From: Catajapyx aquilonaris
Lineage: Eukaryota
Reading direction: 5' to 3'
Length of the DNA: 64,000 nt
Assembly: GCA_000934665.2 (NCBI GenBank)
Contig: KZ538389.1
Span: 1-64,000, forward strand
The notes below the pieces were generated by a model. It made no database searches. It saw nothing but the letters and a program-made list of their open reading frames with translations, and was not told the origin of the DNA. Positions 49,846 to 61,340 of the stretch are shown piece after piece (position 1 is the first letter of the stretch; each line of letters opens with the position of its first letter). Made by a program: the position numbers and the translations under genes.

Positions 49846-50372
49846 CAGGGTGTTCCCTGTAACTCTGTCAAGACTTGCAGAGGTAATAGAGGGGACCAAG
49901 ACAAGTATTTTTCACATAGGAACCCGTGTTCGGAAACGTCATCTAGAGGGTGTTCATAGACAAGGAACAGATGCGCTCAGACGTGCCACGCGGGAGGCAC
50001 TAGGTGAGCGGACTGTTTTGTTGATAGATAGCAGTCGAATAGTAAACAACGATGCGATGTGCCATATCCTGGCAACAACAGACCCACCTAGCAACTAAAG
50101 TCCGCCTCCTAGGAGACGCGGATAGTAAATAACGGTTATGTTGTTGCCAGGTTATGGCACATTGCATTGTTGTTTACTATTCGAGCGCCATCTATCAACA
50201 AAACAGTCTGCTCGCCTAGCGCCTCCTGCGTGATGCGTCTGAGCTCGCCCGTTCCTCGTCTGTGAACCCCCTCTAGCTGGCGTTTCCAGACACGGGTTCC
50301 TATTGAAAAATACTTGTCTTGGTCCCCTCAATTACCCCTGAAAGTCTTGGCAGAGTTACAATAAACACCCTG
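49846..50372. mobile_element. Foldback Tc1/mariner-type MITE, copy 2 (family of 19397)
   Basis: TA-CAGGGTGTTCCCTGTAAC ... AAACACCCTG-TA; shares gaggggaccaagacaagtatttttcacataggaacccgtgt. Confidence 0.88.
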
Positions 50373-50678
50373 TATTGTTGATCATACTTCATTAGGGTCC
50401 CTTAATGTGGTTGCCAAGATTGTGCTCAAAGATACTCAAACACCTCCATATTTTCCTGACCTTGTGATTTTGACCGCTTTCCACAAATTGAAGAGCCAGT
50501 GCACATGGAGCACTTTAAAAGTGTGTCTGAAACTCTGCAACAACTGTCAGCACCATGATCTGTGGCTGATATCAGCTACCATCCAAGACAAATGGGTTTC
50601 CCTCATAGGTGGAGTAAGGTCATGCACAACCTTGGTGACCATGCGCTGGGGGTGTCTAATGACATAAGATCGACAATT

Positions 50679-50972
50679 ACCGAAGCAGTTTGGAGTAGGG
50701 GATACGGTGTCCGACTGCTAATCGGGAGGTCCTGGGATCAAATCCCGGGGCCGGCAACTCTGACCGGGGTTTTCTGTGGTTTCCCACGGTCCTTCCAGGA
50801 AAATTCCGGAGTTGCTTCCGTAATTAATAGGCCACAGCTGCTTCCTTCCGTCCCTATCCCATCCCAAAAAGTGCAGTAAAATGAAAGCAAAGAGTTCCAG
50901 GCAAAAGAAAACTTCCCCCCTAAAGAGCCGAAAAAGGCTGATAACGGGGTATGAATTATTATTATTATTATT
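50679..50972 (+). mobile_element. SINE family A, copy 2, (ATT)n tail
   Basis: 15-bp TSD ATAAGATCGACAATT at 50664-50678 and 50973-50987. Confidence 0.92.
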
Positions 50973-51378
50973 ATAAGATCGACAATTGAGCTCATTTTTT
51001 GCCTCTTGTATTCTCCAACATACTTTTTAAATTTCTGTGAAGTTTAATTTTGTTAAACTCTGCATAATCTTTTTATCGCATCAGATGGAACTCAAGCAGT
51101 GCTCCAAATTTACATGCATTTAATCACTGCAAAGTCAGAGGTATTTTAATTTTAAGATGCATACAATGATTTAAATGTGGAAATGTTCCAACCACTGTTG
51201 TTGATGTTGACGGTCATAATCAGGTTCTCTGGCATGAAACTTGCCATATTGCAGCCAAGTGAGCATGAACAGCATCCATATCCAACCTTGGTGCCACAAT
51301 AAATGTAACTGTTGTAACGTAACTCCTGAATAATGAGTGTCTTGCTGCAAAAAAAATTGCATTTCAACTGGAACACAC

Positions 51379-51514
51379 ATTTCCGCTAGACTAATCCACC
51401 CGGGGGAGTTCACAAAATGACCAAGCTACGACATTGCACTCGCACTTTGCACATCCCCTCCTACCTACCCTAATCGTCGACCAACGGAGTATCTAATTAA
51501 TTCATTCATTCATT
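51379..51514 (+). mobile_element. SINE family B, 5'-truncated copy with (TTCA)n tail
   Basis: Shares tagactaatccacccgggggagttcacaaaatg with copies at 52041 and 59890. Confidence 0.7.
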
Positions 51515-51661
51515 TTAAAAAAAAACGTAACACACTACACAAAATGTTTCAATAATAATTGTTAATTACAAATAAATAATACACTGCATGAATTATTGTT
51601 CGTGATTGTGGGATGCCTATTACTTACTGCTTGTATACTACTTTCCCTTTTGAAATTGCAG

Positions 51662-51854
51662 AGGCACATCCAGAAAAGTTCAGCTCCCGGCTGAGGAATA
51701 AGATGTTTTATGGGCAGGCTGGAGGGAAAGACTTGCTTCAGCGGAAGTGGAAGGACCTGTCCGAATTCATCACTGTGGAGTGTGACGGAAAGGATATCAC
51801 CCCAAAGCTCAAGGAGAACAAGTTCCATGCCCTACTCTTCCTCAATATTCCAAG
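51662..51854 (+). CDS. rdgA: DGK exon, accessory domain
   Basis: ttgcag|AG...AAG|gtgaga; EAHPEKFSSRLRNKMFY...LLFLNIPS. Confidence 0.95.
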
Positions 51855-52040
51855 GTGAGATTTTAGATATATTGAGAAGGACCTGGAGCAAAATGTATTA
51901 CAGTAAAACTGCTAAAACTCGTACATTCCTAAGTCAAAGATCTCTGTAAATCAAAGAAAATTATGGCATTGGTATGTCACAATGTAACATTAGGAATAAA
52001 CTTTCCTGTAATTTCTATATTTCTGTAACTTGAACTACTT

Positions 52041-52262
52041 AGGGAGACGAAGTGGCTCTGCTGTAACGCCCAAGGTTGTTAAGGTCCTGGGATCAAATCC
52101 CGCCCTGGGTTCCCCCTTTCATCTCGTGCAGAGTTGGGCCATCTCTGGCTTCGTCTCGGGTGGAAATTTCCGTTAGACTAATCCACCCGGGGGAGTTCAC
52201 AAAATGGCCAATATATATGACATTGCACTTGCACTTTTCACATCCCCTCCTACTTTCCCTTG
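52041..52262 (+). mobile_element. tRNA-derived SINE family B
   Basis: Head with tggctctgctgtaa ... gggatcaaatccc plus the shared body. Confidence 0.75.
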
Positions 52263-52367
52263 GAACAATTAACATATATAATATATATACACATTATATG
52301 GTTCCAAAATATGGTGGTATTCCACTCCCGTAAGAGGGCCCAGGGCCCTAGCACGCGGTACAATTTA

Positions 52368-52390
52368 AAATAATAATAATAATAATAATA

Positions 52391-52423
<33 letters not shown>
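52368..52423. repeat. (AAT)n microsatellite
   Basis: Direct reading. Confidence 0.95.
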
Positions 52424-52944
52424 TTTGAAAAACTTGAACTACTTGTGCTAACATGCCATGGAACTAATGCATTATTTAGTCTGCACAAGTCAGAGTTTTT
52501 GCCAAAATTGAGTAAATTGACCACTGCACTTCCTAATGGTTAAAGCCAGGTGAAAACTTGTGGATGTAATAACAAATAGGAGTACCAAGTGACTTTTTTG
52601 CATTGCTAGTGACTATAATGATTCATTGATTCAGAACAAGAATTGCTTTACAAGTCTTCAATTTATATCATGGATTGGTTTGTCAAACAATTAAATTATG
52701 TCACATTATGGAGACCACATTTTGTTTACTGATGTGGAAACAGTGTGGAAATAAATATAATCCTAGAGTTTATACTGAAATCTTTGATAACATTTTTCTA
52801 ACTTAAATATTCCATAACTCAGAATATAATATGGTCCCTTTGGAGATTTCTGGTATAGAACTTACGCTGTAAAATACTAGTGTTGTGCTGGTTATGAGAA
52901 TCACCCAAAGTCTGAGTATCAAAATTCCCTGTGTTTTTCTTTAG

Positions 52945-53044
52945 CTATGGCGGAGGCACTCACCCTTGGAACAGAGCTGGTGGAATACACCAGTCAACTG
53001 CTGACGGGCTCATAGAAGTGCTCGGGCTGACCACCTATCAGCTT
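52945..53044 (+). CDS. rdgA: DGK exon, accessory domain
   Basis: tttag|C...CTT|gtgagt; YGGGTHPW...DGLIEVLGLTTYQL. Confidence 0.93.
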
Positions 53045-53401
53045 GTGAGTAAGTCCGACTATTCTCTTGGCATGCGGTTTCTTTTCAGATCTCTTCTTTC
53101 CAACTCTTACTCTTTCCCCCCGCCCCCCACTGATGCCATTTATAAATCTAACAAACTGAATGAATTAATAGCTCATAAATTACACAGTGGAATAATAATT
53201 TTTCATTCATACCTTATAACTGATTACTGCTGCCTGTAATTAACACTTTTAGACATTGAGAGTATTTGTTATACATGTGGCTGCAGATTTTTGTCCACAA
53301 CTTACCTAAATTCCTACCTAAGTTCCTAAATTGGTGAATTAAAAGTACAGAGTTCTTAAAATTCTGCATCCTTATTGTTTTCTTAAACCGTTGCTCTAGT
53401 G

Positions 53402-53574
53402 CAGGGGTTCTTAACCTTTTGGGGAGCCTCCCCACCCCTTTGAAGACAGTTGGTCCTTGTCGCACCCTCTATACCAGGGATGATTGATTAAGTTCATAGT
53501 TAGACTAAGTCCAGAGATGCACCTTGCTCACACCCCCAGGGGAACCACCTCGCACCCCAGGTTAAGAACTGCCG
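53402..53574. mobile_element. Short hAT-like MITE
   Basis: CAGGGGTTCTTAACCT ... AGGTTAAGAAC, preceded by ctctagtg; right end degenerate. Confidence 0.6.
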
Positions 53575-53664
53575 CTTTCTTTCCAGTTTTGGGCTCATTT
53601 CATCTACACCACACCAGAGAATTTCAATCAAAAATTTTTGTGTGTGCATGTCCATTTTTTGCAG

Positions 53665-53855
53665 CCTCTTCTGCAGGCAGGTGGCCATGGCACATGCATA
53701 GGTCAATACAAAGCAGCCACCATTGTAACTACCAAGACCATCCCAATGCAGGTTGACGGGGAAGCCTGCAAGCTCAACCCATCTATCATTCAGATCTGCC
53801 ATCTCAATAAGGCGCACATGCTGGCCAAGAGGAAGGGAGGAAGGCCCAGCATACA
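53665..53855 (+). CDS. rdgA: DGK exon, end of accessory domain
   Basis: ttgcag|CCT...CA|gtaagt; PLLQAGGHGTCIGQ...IPMQVDGEACKL...MLAKRK. Confidence 0.95.
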
Positions 53856-54867
53856 GTAAGTCATATACAAGTACAAATGGGGAAACTCCTAACCCTTCCC
53901 TGTTTATGCTACTGTAATTTTGAGTGGGCATTTTTGCGGTAACGAACCAAGGTTCGGACGATTTTTTAAAACTTTGATTGCGATTTTCCATCCTTGTGGA
54001 AAACCTTTGGGGATTCTGTTTTTTCTGTCGAGTTCCAGGTACACAGGACTGACAAATTTGACACAAATATATCATTCGATAGCGCCAGAGGAGCGAGAAC
54101 AAACACGGTAACAAACCAAAGTTTTGAGGACACGCATTTCAGCACCGGGTTACATTGCGTAATAACTCTGTGAATTCTAAGTGGTTGTGATGGCAATATA
54201 GAAATGTTCTATAGAAGAAAAGTGTGAGGAATCCATTGGTCACTTGCCGTACCGGTATCTGCTTTTCTTTGCATTGTAGCGCAACAAAACTCTCGGTAAT
54301 GAACCAAGAAAAAATGTAACGACACAATGTAACACACAATGTTGTATATCGCGAGGTTTTATGAAAGCTTTTCTCATGTCCGATTCAGGATGTGTACAGT
54401 ATGACCATTGATTCAATGCCACTCAATTTTTCAACCCCATATATTACGACCAGCTATACGCGAGCCCTCTAATTCAATTTTTTCCTTGCCATTGTCTTCC
54501 TCATTGCAGGTTTTGCCAAATTTTGGCTAAGGGTGCACTAGTTATACTGTATATTTTCCAAACATGGCCAGAAGCTTTCTTTGCATGGTATTTCAAATGT
54601 AACATGAGCAAATTGAGATGACAGTATGATTATTTTGTTTTCCGTATTAATAACTATGTTGCATAAAATATAATGATGACTGAATATTGTTCTCGTGAGT
54701 CGCAAGTTATGCGAAAATATTCACCTGCGTGACTAATTCTTTTGGACAATCCAGTCAACTTCATCCTATGCATTTCAATACCCAAACTTAGCCCATGCTG
54801 CCATAAGTGGTCGTCATGACCCTAGGAAGGGACTGTCACAGACCATAAATGTAATCTTTCTTTCCAG

Positions 54868-55163
54868 GCAACCAGCCCTGGAGCAACTCCACATGGCGGT
54901 TTGCTACATAGGAATGGAGGACTATGAGAAACATCATTATGACAAGGACCACCTCAAATCTATTGCCCTGCCATTAGGGGTCATCAAGGTGGACCATGAT
55001 GCTGACTTGGAACAAGTCAGGCATCATGTGGTGAAGCTTCAGGAGGAGGCTGCCTTTGGGGAGGAAGGGAAGGAGAGCAAGGAAGTACGGGAGGAAGGAG
55101 GAATTGTGGAAGAGACATCTCCAATACCACACAAGCTATCTGGTGACTGGTGCTTCGTGGACT
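54868..55163 (+). CDS. rdgA: DGK exon, post-catalytic region
   Basis: ttccag|G...GACT|gtgagt; MEDYEKHHYDKDHLK...DADLEQVR...LSGDWCFVD. Confidence 0.92.
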
Positions 55164-55506
55164 GTGAGTTGTAATTAATGGAATTCTTTCAGTTTGATTT
55201 TGAGACTCTATACGGGGATGCATGGGACTGAAATTAAATTAGGACCTGCTTGATTTTTAGTACCTATTTAATTTTAACTGTTTTCAGGACCTAAAGGCCT
55301 ACCTATTTGAGGGTTTTTTAGAATCTAGAAATTCGTTCTTTGCTAATTAGTATTAGTTTGTGTGAAAAGAAAATCAGGAGCACAATATTCAAAGAAAATG
55401 AGGTCTTTTTTCATGTTTTTACACCTCTGATGACAACCTTGATTTTTACTCATTGTAGCCAAGGTTATATTTTATGCAGCTATGCATCTTCTACCTTATT
55501 TCCCAG

Positions 55507-55850
55507 CATGCACAGCAGAGCGCTTCTTTCGTATCGACCGTGCCCAGGAGCATCTGTATTACCTGACTGACATCTGCAACGAAACACTGTACATCCTAGA
55601 CTCCAGTACTGCTGCCAGGGATGGAGGGATGGAGAGGAAAGAAGGGGGCGGTGGAGGAGATGGTGACTCCCCACTCTGTTCTTCCCAATCCCCATCCCAA
55701 AGGGAGGGGGATTCTTCTCATAGGGGGTCACTCTCTCCCTGTGCCAGCTTGGGAGGAGGGCCTACTTCCAGGTCAGAGTCACCAGAAGGTAACACTGTGG
55801 CACATCAGGATGGAATTCTTGGGGCTGCAAGGGATGGTGATCTGAAAACT
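55507..55850 (+). CDS. rdgA: DGK exon, RFFRIDRAQE motif, Ser/Pro linker, start of ankyrin region
   Basis: tcccag|CA...ACT|gtgagt; SCTAERFFRIDRAQEHLYYLTDI...ILGAARDGDLKT. Confidence 0.92.
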
Positions 55851-55909
55851 GTGAGTGACATAGACATGCTTCTAAGAACTGTGCTTATCCCTATCTCGTT
55901 AACTTTCAG

Positions 55910-56073
55910 TTGCGTGAGTTCCACTCACAGGGCTGCTCTCTCGCAACCAAGGATGAGCAAGGACTGACTGCCCTTCACCTGAGTGCTCAAAATGGACACA
56001 AAGATGTAGTCAAGTTCCTGCTGTCCTACTCTCCTACTTCCAGCCAATTATTGGATGCCACTGACCATGACAG
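55910..56073 (+). CDS. rdgA: DGK exon, ankyrin repeat
   Basis: tttcag|TTG...AG|gtcagt after a 59-bp intron; GLTALHLSAQNGHKDVVKFLL. Confidence 0.93.
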
Positions 56074-56249
56074 GTCAGTTTTTCTTCAGTTGGATGAAGG
56101 CTGAAACACTGTGTCCCATGAAAATGAATTTATTTTTTCTTTATACTGCATTACACATCCCACAGGGCAAATGCTTATGTTTTTAAATAACGTTTAAGGC
56201 ACTTTCTATATTAACTTGGAATGGAGAGCCGTATTTGCACAATATAGAA

Positions 56250-58228
56250 TCTTAATCTATATTTGTGTTTGTTGGTGAGTTTGTTTGTTTGTCCCTTACG
56301 GAAATTCAGGGGAATGCCCCTACAGCGCCTTAAACTAGCACACAGGGTGTTACTTTTTTCAAGGAATTTAATGCCGCATGTTTCAGCTCCTGAAAGTCAT
56401 CCTAACTCCCACAACACGCATATTCCTGAATCTTCTCACTACTCGGGCAACAACAATAACCAACTTAACAATATTAACATACTGGTATATCAACATCAAT
56501 AACAATTTCAACCATTTCTCTTTTTCCAAGTTTGCAATCCCATGGAAATGCCCTTATGCAACAATGCGCAGCAAATTAAACGGCTTATGTCAAGTATATG
56601 GGACATTCGCCGAATCAATTAGGAAACAGTACCTGCGGCTTGCTGACCCTTTGATTTGTTGTTTTGCTTCTGGGTGGGAAGTCCGGGAAGTGACCAGGGA
56701 CCCGGGAATTAATTCCTCAAGTTGGACCAGAATACAGATGGTGTCATTGTTTCTCTCAGTTCGAATCGTAAGTTGCTAGGTTACGGAGAAACATTCCAGC
56801 TCAAGAAAGCGTTAGGCAACAATGAAAATCTGGAAAGTTTATCATTTATCTGCATCTAGAGACGCGGCGCGGCGGGGTTGGGAGTGCTGGACAGGAGGTG
56901 GCAAATTTAAATGCTACGAGGGTTGCTGCAGAACGACATAAGGTCACACCAGCCGTGTTTTCTGAGCATGAGCAGTAGTATGTCTGCAGAGTGAGTCGTG
57001 GACATGATTGGAGGGGAGAGTAGGGTGGATGCGGGCGGATTGTGACGTCGCTTGTCATTAGTTGGTTTAACAGACTCTGTGGAGGTAAATTTCGCGCTTG
57101 ACAAAGCCACAATAACATTCGTTGGCCTGCGGCGCACAATGAGGACCGCATTGTAGGCGGATACAGAAACCCACAATAAGCGCCCAGCTCCGCTATCGCT
57201 CCGCAAAAACTAAAAATATCACGCACAGGCGACGTACCGTGCCTGGCAGGGCCACAACAATGTACAGTACTGTTGCGGTTACAAAAAGCCACACAGCATC
57301 ACCCAGACAAATAGGGCTATTCCATGCTATAATCACCTCAAAATTTGTACCGATCTGTATTAATTTAGAAGAGGCTATTCGTAACCTAGCAACTTACGAT
57401 TCGAACTGAGACATAACAATTAGGATGACAATGATTCCATGTGTATTCTGGTCCAACTTGAGGAATTAATTCCGGGGTCCCTGGTCACTTCCCGGACTCC
57501 ACACCCAGAAGCAAAACAACGAATCAAAGGGTCGGCAAGCCGCATGTACTGTTTCCTAATTGATTCGGCGAATGTCCCGTATACTTGACTTCAGCCAATT
57601 AAACCATCACGGATTTTTCCTTTGCATCGATGTTTCGCGCTTCTCTTTTTTTTACACGTCCTATCACCGTAAATTCAAGGCAAATCAAGGCAAGACGGCT
57701 ACCTCATGTGAGTTCGTATGGTATGGTCATTCCAGCATTTTGTGGGTTATTTGTGTGTGTGTGGAAGTAGACTTCCAGACACAAAAATATCTCGACATAC
57801 AACATTACTCACAATGTTGAAAACAATCTTTCCCACCAGACATCTGTGTGTACATTTCTAAAGTTCTTCAGGGCAAACATATGGAATAAGGTGAGGGTGT
57901 GAGGTGGGTTGGCAGGTGAAGGGGTCAAAAATTCTGGGGGAGAAGTAACACATGGCTGTACAGAATTTTCCTGGGCTAACTCGATCCGCATCCCTCTTTT
58001 TACACATCCAATCAGCATATCTGTGTCAACTACGCTATAACTGAAGGAGGTAATCTATCACAAACAGTGACAAACTTTGGCTAATTGTAACTTATAAGGC
58101 CTGTTTTAAGACATATCGAGTTTCAAATTGATGGAACACAAACTTTACAAACAAACTTCCTAAAATATATGTATCCCTACCTTTACTAGCACCCCAACTT
58201 ACCAGGGCAACGCCAGGTAACCTGCTAG
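56250..58228 (+). mobile_element. Probable non-autonomous Helitron
   Basis: 5' A|TC start followed by (TGTT)n; 3' end cagggcaacgccaggtaacctgCTAG|T. Linking the two ends into one element is inference. Confidence 0.5.
56582..57596. mobile_element. MITE with about 200-bp TIRs, GG...CC termini and 8-bp TSD (Merlin- or MULE-like)
   Basis: AATTAAAC at 56574-56581 and 57597-57604; arms gtcaagtatatgggacattcgccgaatcaattagg / cctaattgattcggcgaatgtcccgtatacttgac. Confidence 0.85.
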
Positions 58229-58246
58229 TGTCTTATAATAATGGTA

Positions 58247-58917
58247 TGAGGGCCAGTCAGAAAATAAGTTTTGCAATGCTAACAGCGATGCCATGCGACG
58301 AACAGGGTAAAGACGAGCATGAGCAGAGACGTCAATCCTTCTGGTACTTGATAGGATGGGTAGGTGCCATTTTGCAGCATATGCGAAGGCTTGGCAGCCA
58401 TCAGACAACGTGTGGCGAGCACAGCATGCATGCCCACATTCCGCCAGGAGAAATCAAGTAAGACTGACGTGTGTTGGTCACATGGACTAAGACAGGGCAG
58501 TTGTTCTCTATTATGAGCACCAACATTCATCGCCGGCTGGTAAAGTTGTATGGTCCATGCGTCATGTCTGAGCAAATGGTGCAGCGGGGGTGCCAGCAAT
58601 TCCACAATTGGCACCCGAAAGTGAAGGACATCCAGATACCTGGACGACCAGCCATACTGTCCACTACCGACATATGACCATATGACCAACACATGTCAGT
58701 CTGTCATGATTTCTCCTGGCGGAATGTGGGCATGCTCTGCTCAGCATTAGGTTTTATCCGACGACTGCTGTGCTTGCACATAAGCTGCAAGATGGCACCT
58801 ACCCATCCTAAAAAGTACCAGAAGGATCAATAGCTCTGCTCATGCTCATCTTTGCCCTGTTCGTTGCATGGCATCGAAACTGCAGCATCACAAAACTTAT
58901 TTTTTGACTGGCCCTTG
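58247..58917 (+). mobile_element. mariner-derived MITE with degenerate transposase N-terminal HTH fragment
   Basis: TA-TGAGGGCCAGTCAGAAAATAAG ... CTTATTTTTTGACTGGCCCTTG-TA, about 200-bp arms; central frame IHRRLVKLYGPCVMSEQMVQRGCQQF...PGRP matches the mariner HTH/GRP pattern. Confidence 0.85.
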
Positions 58918-59003
58918 TAGTGTTACCATATACGGGTATCAAATGAGGTAATGTTGCTGACCATTCATTTCTTCACTTAAGGGCATATGAATATCACAAA
59001 TCA

Positions 59004-59335
59004 GAGGGGCCACGGTGGTCTAGTGACTATAGACAGGCAGCCAACCTGGCCAGCCAAGCAGGAGGTCCCCAAGTTTAAATCCCGTCCCCAAGTTTAAATC
59101 CTGTCCCCACCACCTTTGCACTTCCTCCTGTACCCAGGGCCAAGATGAATGTCTGGCTTTAGGACAGTCCAAAATGACAGAAAGCTTTAAGAGCACCCCC
59201 CTCCACGCTTGTGGACCCAGGCTTTACAACAAAACAAAGGGCTTGTATGTATTGACTGTAAATACAAGTGCAAAATAAATGAAAGTCCATGCAATACCTC
59301 AGAGGAGATCATACTACCCAAATTTAAAAATATAT
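59004..59335 (+). mobile_element. Degenerate tRNA-headed SINE (family C)
   Basis: A-box-like ggtggtctagtga, duplicated B-box-like gtttaaatcc, flanked by the direct repeat ATATCACAAATCA. Confidence 0.55.
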
Positions 59336-59348
59336 ATATCACAAATCA

Positions 59349-59647
59349 CCGAAGCAGGTTGGCATAGTGGATAAGGCGTCCAACTGCTAATCGGGAGGTC
59401 CTGGGTTCAAATCCCGGGGCCGGCAACTCTGACCGTGGTTTTCTGTGGTTTCCCACGGTCCTTCCAGGGAAATTCCGGAGTTGCTTCCGTAATTAATAGG
59501 CCACAGCCGCTTCCTTCCGTCCCTATCCTATCCCAATGAGCATAGTAAAATGAAAGCAAAGAGTTCCAGCCAAAACAAACTTCCCCCCTAAAGAGCCGAT
59601 GACTGATAACGGGGTATGAATTTAATTTATTTATTTATTTTATTTAT
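59349..59647 (+). mobile_element. SINE family A, copy 3, (ATTT)n tail
   Basis: Best-preserved head (tggcatagtgg ... ggttcaaatccc), TSD TATATATCACAAATCA. Confidence 0.92.
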
Positions 59648-59889
59648 ATATCACAAATCAATACATTTCTGTCAGCAAGCATCAAAGTTCATCTTTCAAG
59701 ACAGTGGTGTAGACTTGTCCCACTTCCCCTTAATTTTTTCAATTCATTGCTCACGTGGTACTGTACCCATTCAAATTCATTTAAATAATAATTGGGTGAT
59801 AGGCGTACCCCTAGAGGTTTTCAGCCAGACCTTTATTATTAACGATGGTACAATTTTTGGGGATCCTATTTTTGAAGCGCCCGGGCCCA

Positions 59890-60117
59890 CGGGCAAGATG
59901 ACAGGAGGGGATGTGCAAGTGCAGTGCCTTGTCTGAAATGTGGTCGTTTTGTGAGCTCCCCCGGGTGGATTAGTCTAAGGAAATTCCACCCGAGACGAAG
60001 TCAGAGACGACTCATGAACTCTGCACGAGATGAAGGGGTGTCCCCGGGTTGGGATCGAACCCGGGACCTTAACATCCGTGGGCGCATACGTTACCGCAGC
60101 ACCACTCCGCCTCCCGC
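59890..60117 (-). mobile_element. tRNA-derived SINE family B, reverse copy
   Basis: Reverse complement begins GCGGGAGGCGGAGTGGTGCTGCGGTAA...GGTTCGATCCC, then the shared body. Confidence 0.78.
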
Positions 60118-60370
60118 AAATTCATATATATTGAACTTTCATTATTTTGAGATTTGGCTGCCATCATTCTATTTTAATTTATAATGTACGTTAACTTTAA
60201 GTATTGTTACTTCATGAATTAATTCAGTTTGGAAATGAAAGCTACCTGCCTCCCTGCAGATGGCCAACTAGAGGTGCTGCATTTCCCAAATAGGTTTTTC
60301 ACCTACCCTAGTTACTTAATTTACATGTCAAAATGGAGGTACAAACTAAGATATTATTCTTTCTGAGCAG

Positions 60371-60534
60371 TGGTCAGACTGCCCTGCATAAGGCTGCATG
60401 GGAAAAACGACGCAGTATATGCTGTATGCTGGTGGCAGCAGGTGCCTGCCTGAGCATCCAGGACGCACATGGACTTACTGCACAACAGCTGGCCTTAAGG
60501 GCTGATGACCAGCATCTTGCTGACTACCTTGAGA
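60371..60534 (+). CDS. rdgA: DGK exon, ankyrin repeats
   Basis: agcag|T...GAGA|gtatgt; GQTALHKAAWEKRRSICCMLVAAGACL...LADYLE. Confidence 0.93.
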
Positions 60535-60847
60535 GTATGTGTTTTGCATGCATTTTGCGTAATATTTGCTAAGGATGTATTTTTAAATCTATGATCGTTA
60601 TTGCTTTACAATGTAAATCATAGACTATTGCACAATTTTGACCAGGAAATGGTGCATGATGAATTGAGGAGATAAAATAATGCCATACAGTTTTGCAGAC
60701 TGCCATTAATTCCACAAGTCACTACTACATTCCTTGCAGAGAGAGAGAAGAATATCAAAGTCTATCAATTAGTGTTGCAAGCATTTTGATGTCCAGTGTT
60801 AGATGTTATTGTTTGGAACTTAAGACACTGGCTGCTTTGTCCATATA

Positions 60848-61244
60848 CAGGGTGGTCCAACTTCAAGTGTCGTTTTATAACGGCTATTAATAGAAGCGCT
60901 TAACGATTGACGTAGCAGCGTCGTGTAAAATGCCCACTTCGGCGCCATCGGAAATATTAGCTGTGTTTCGTTTGCAGCCTTCCCCCTTGCATTACAGGTC
61001 CATCTGGTGCCTTGGGCGTCACCCATTTCACCCAGGCGCATCTCAGGTCATGTGTGCACCTCAAGGTGCACCTACTTTTTCCAGGTCAACCCAGCATCAG
61101 GGTTGATTACATGTGTGCTGCTATTGGCAGCTAATATTTTCGATGGCGCCAAAGTGGGCCGTTTTACACGTCGCTGCTGCGTCATTGCAGAATCACTGCT
61201 ATTAATCGCCGTTATAAAACGACACTTGAAGTTGGACCACCCTG
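60848..61244. mobile_element. Foldback Tc1/mariner-type MITE
   Basis: TA-CAGGGTGGTCCAACTTCAAGTGTCGTTTTATAACGGC ... GCCGTTATAAAACGACACTTGAAGTTGGACCACCCTG. Confidence 0.9.
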
Positions 61245-61287
61245 TGTACATATATATAACAACTGATATATGCATTTACTATTGCAG

Positions 61288-61340
61288 GTCAAGAGCAGCT
61301 CCAGAAGGTGGTATCTGAAGATCTTGAGACAGAAGTGTGA
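61288..61340 (+). CDS. rdgA: DGK terminal coding exon with class I PDZ-binding motif
   Basis: ttgcag|GT...GTG TGA; SQEQLQKVVSEDLETEV*, comparable to the ETAV end of DGK-zeta/iota. Confidence 0.9.

Larger units (their letters stand above)
5013..61340 (+). other. rdgA: Spliced gene locus: type IV diacylglycerol kinase (rdgA / DGK-zeta/iota ortholog); 5' end possibly outside the window
   Basis: Ordered exons with GT-AG boundaries and matching phases translate to C1a-C1b-MARCKS-like-DAGKc-DAGKa-ankyrin-PDZ-binding architecture, with hallmark motifs [63 protein letters not shown]. Confidence 0.95.

Noticed and set aside
59349..59425. Functional tRNA-Ser(GCT) gene
   Set aside because: No long variable arm, and it continues into a repeated body with tail and TSD; it is a SINE head.
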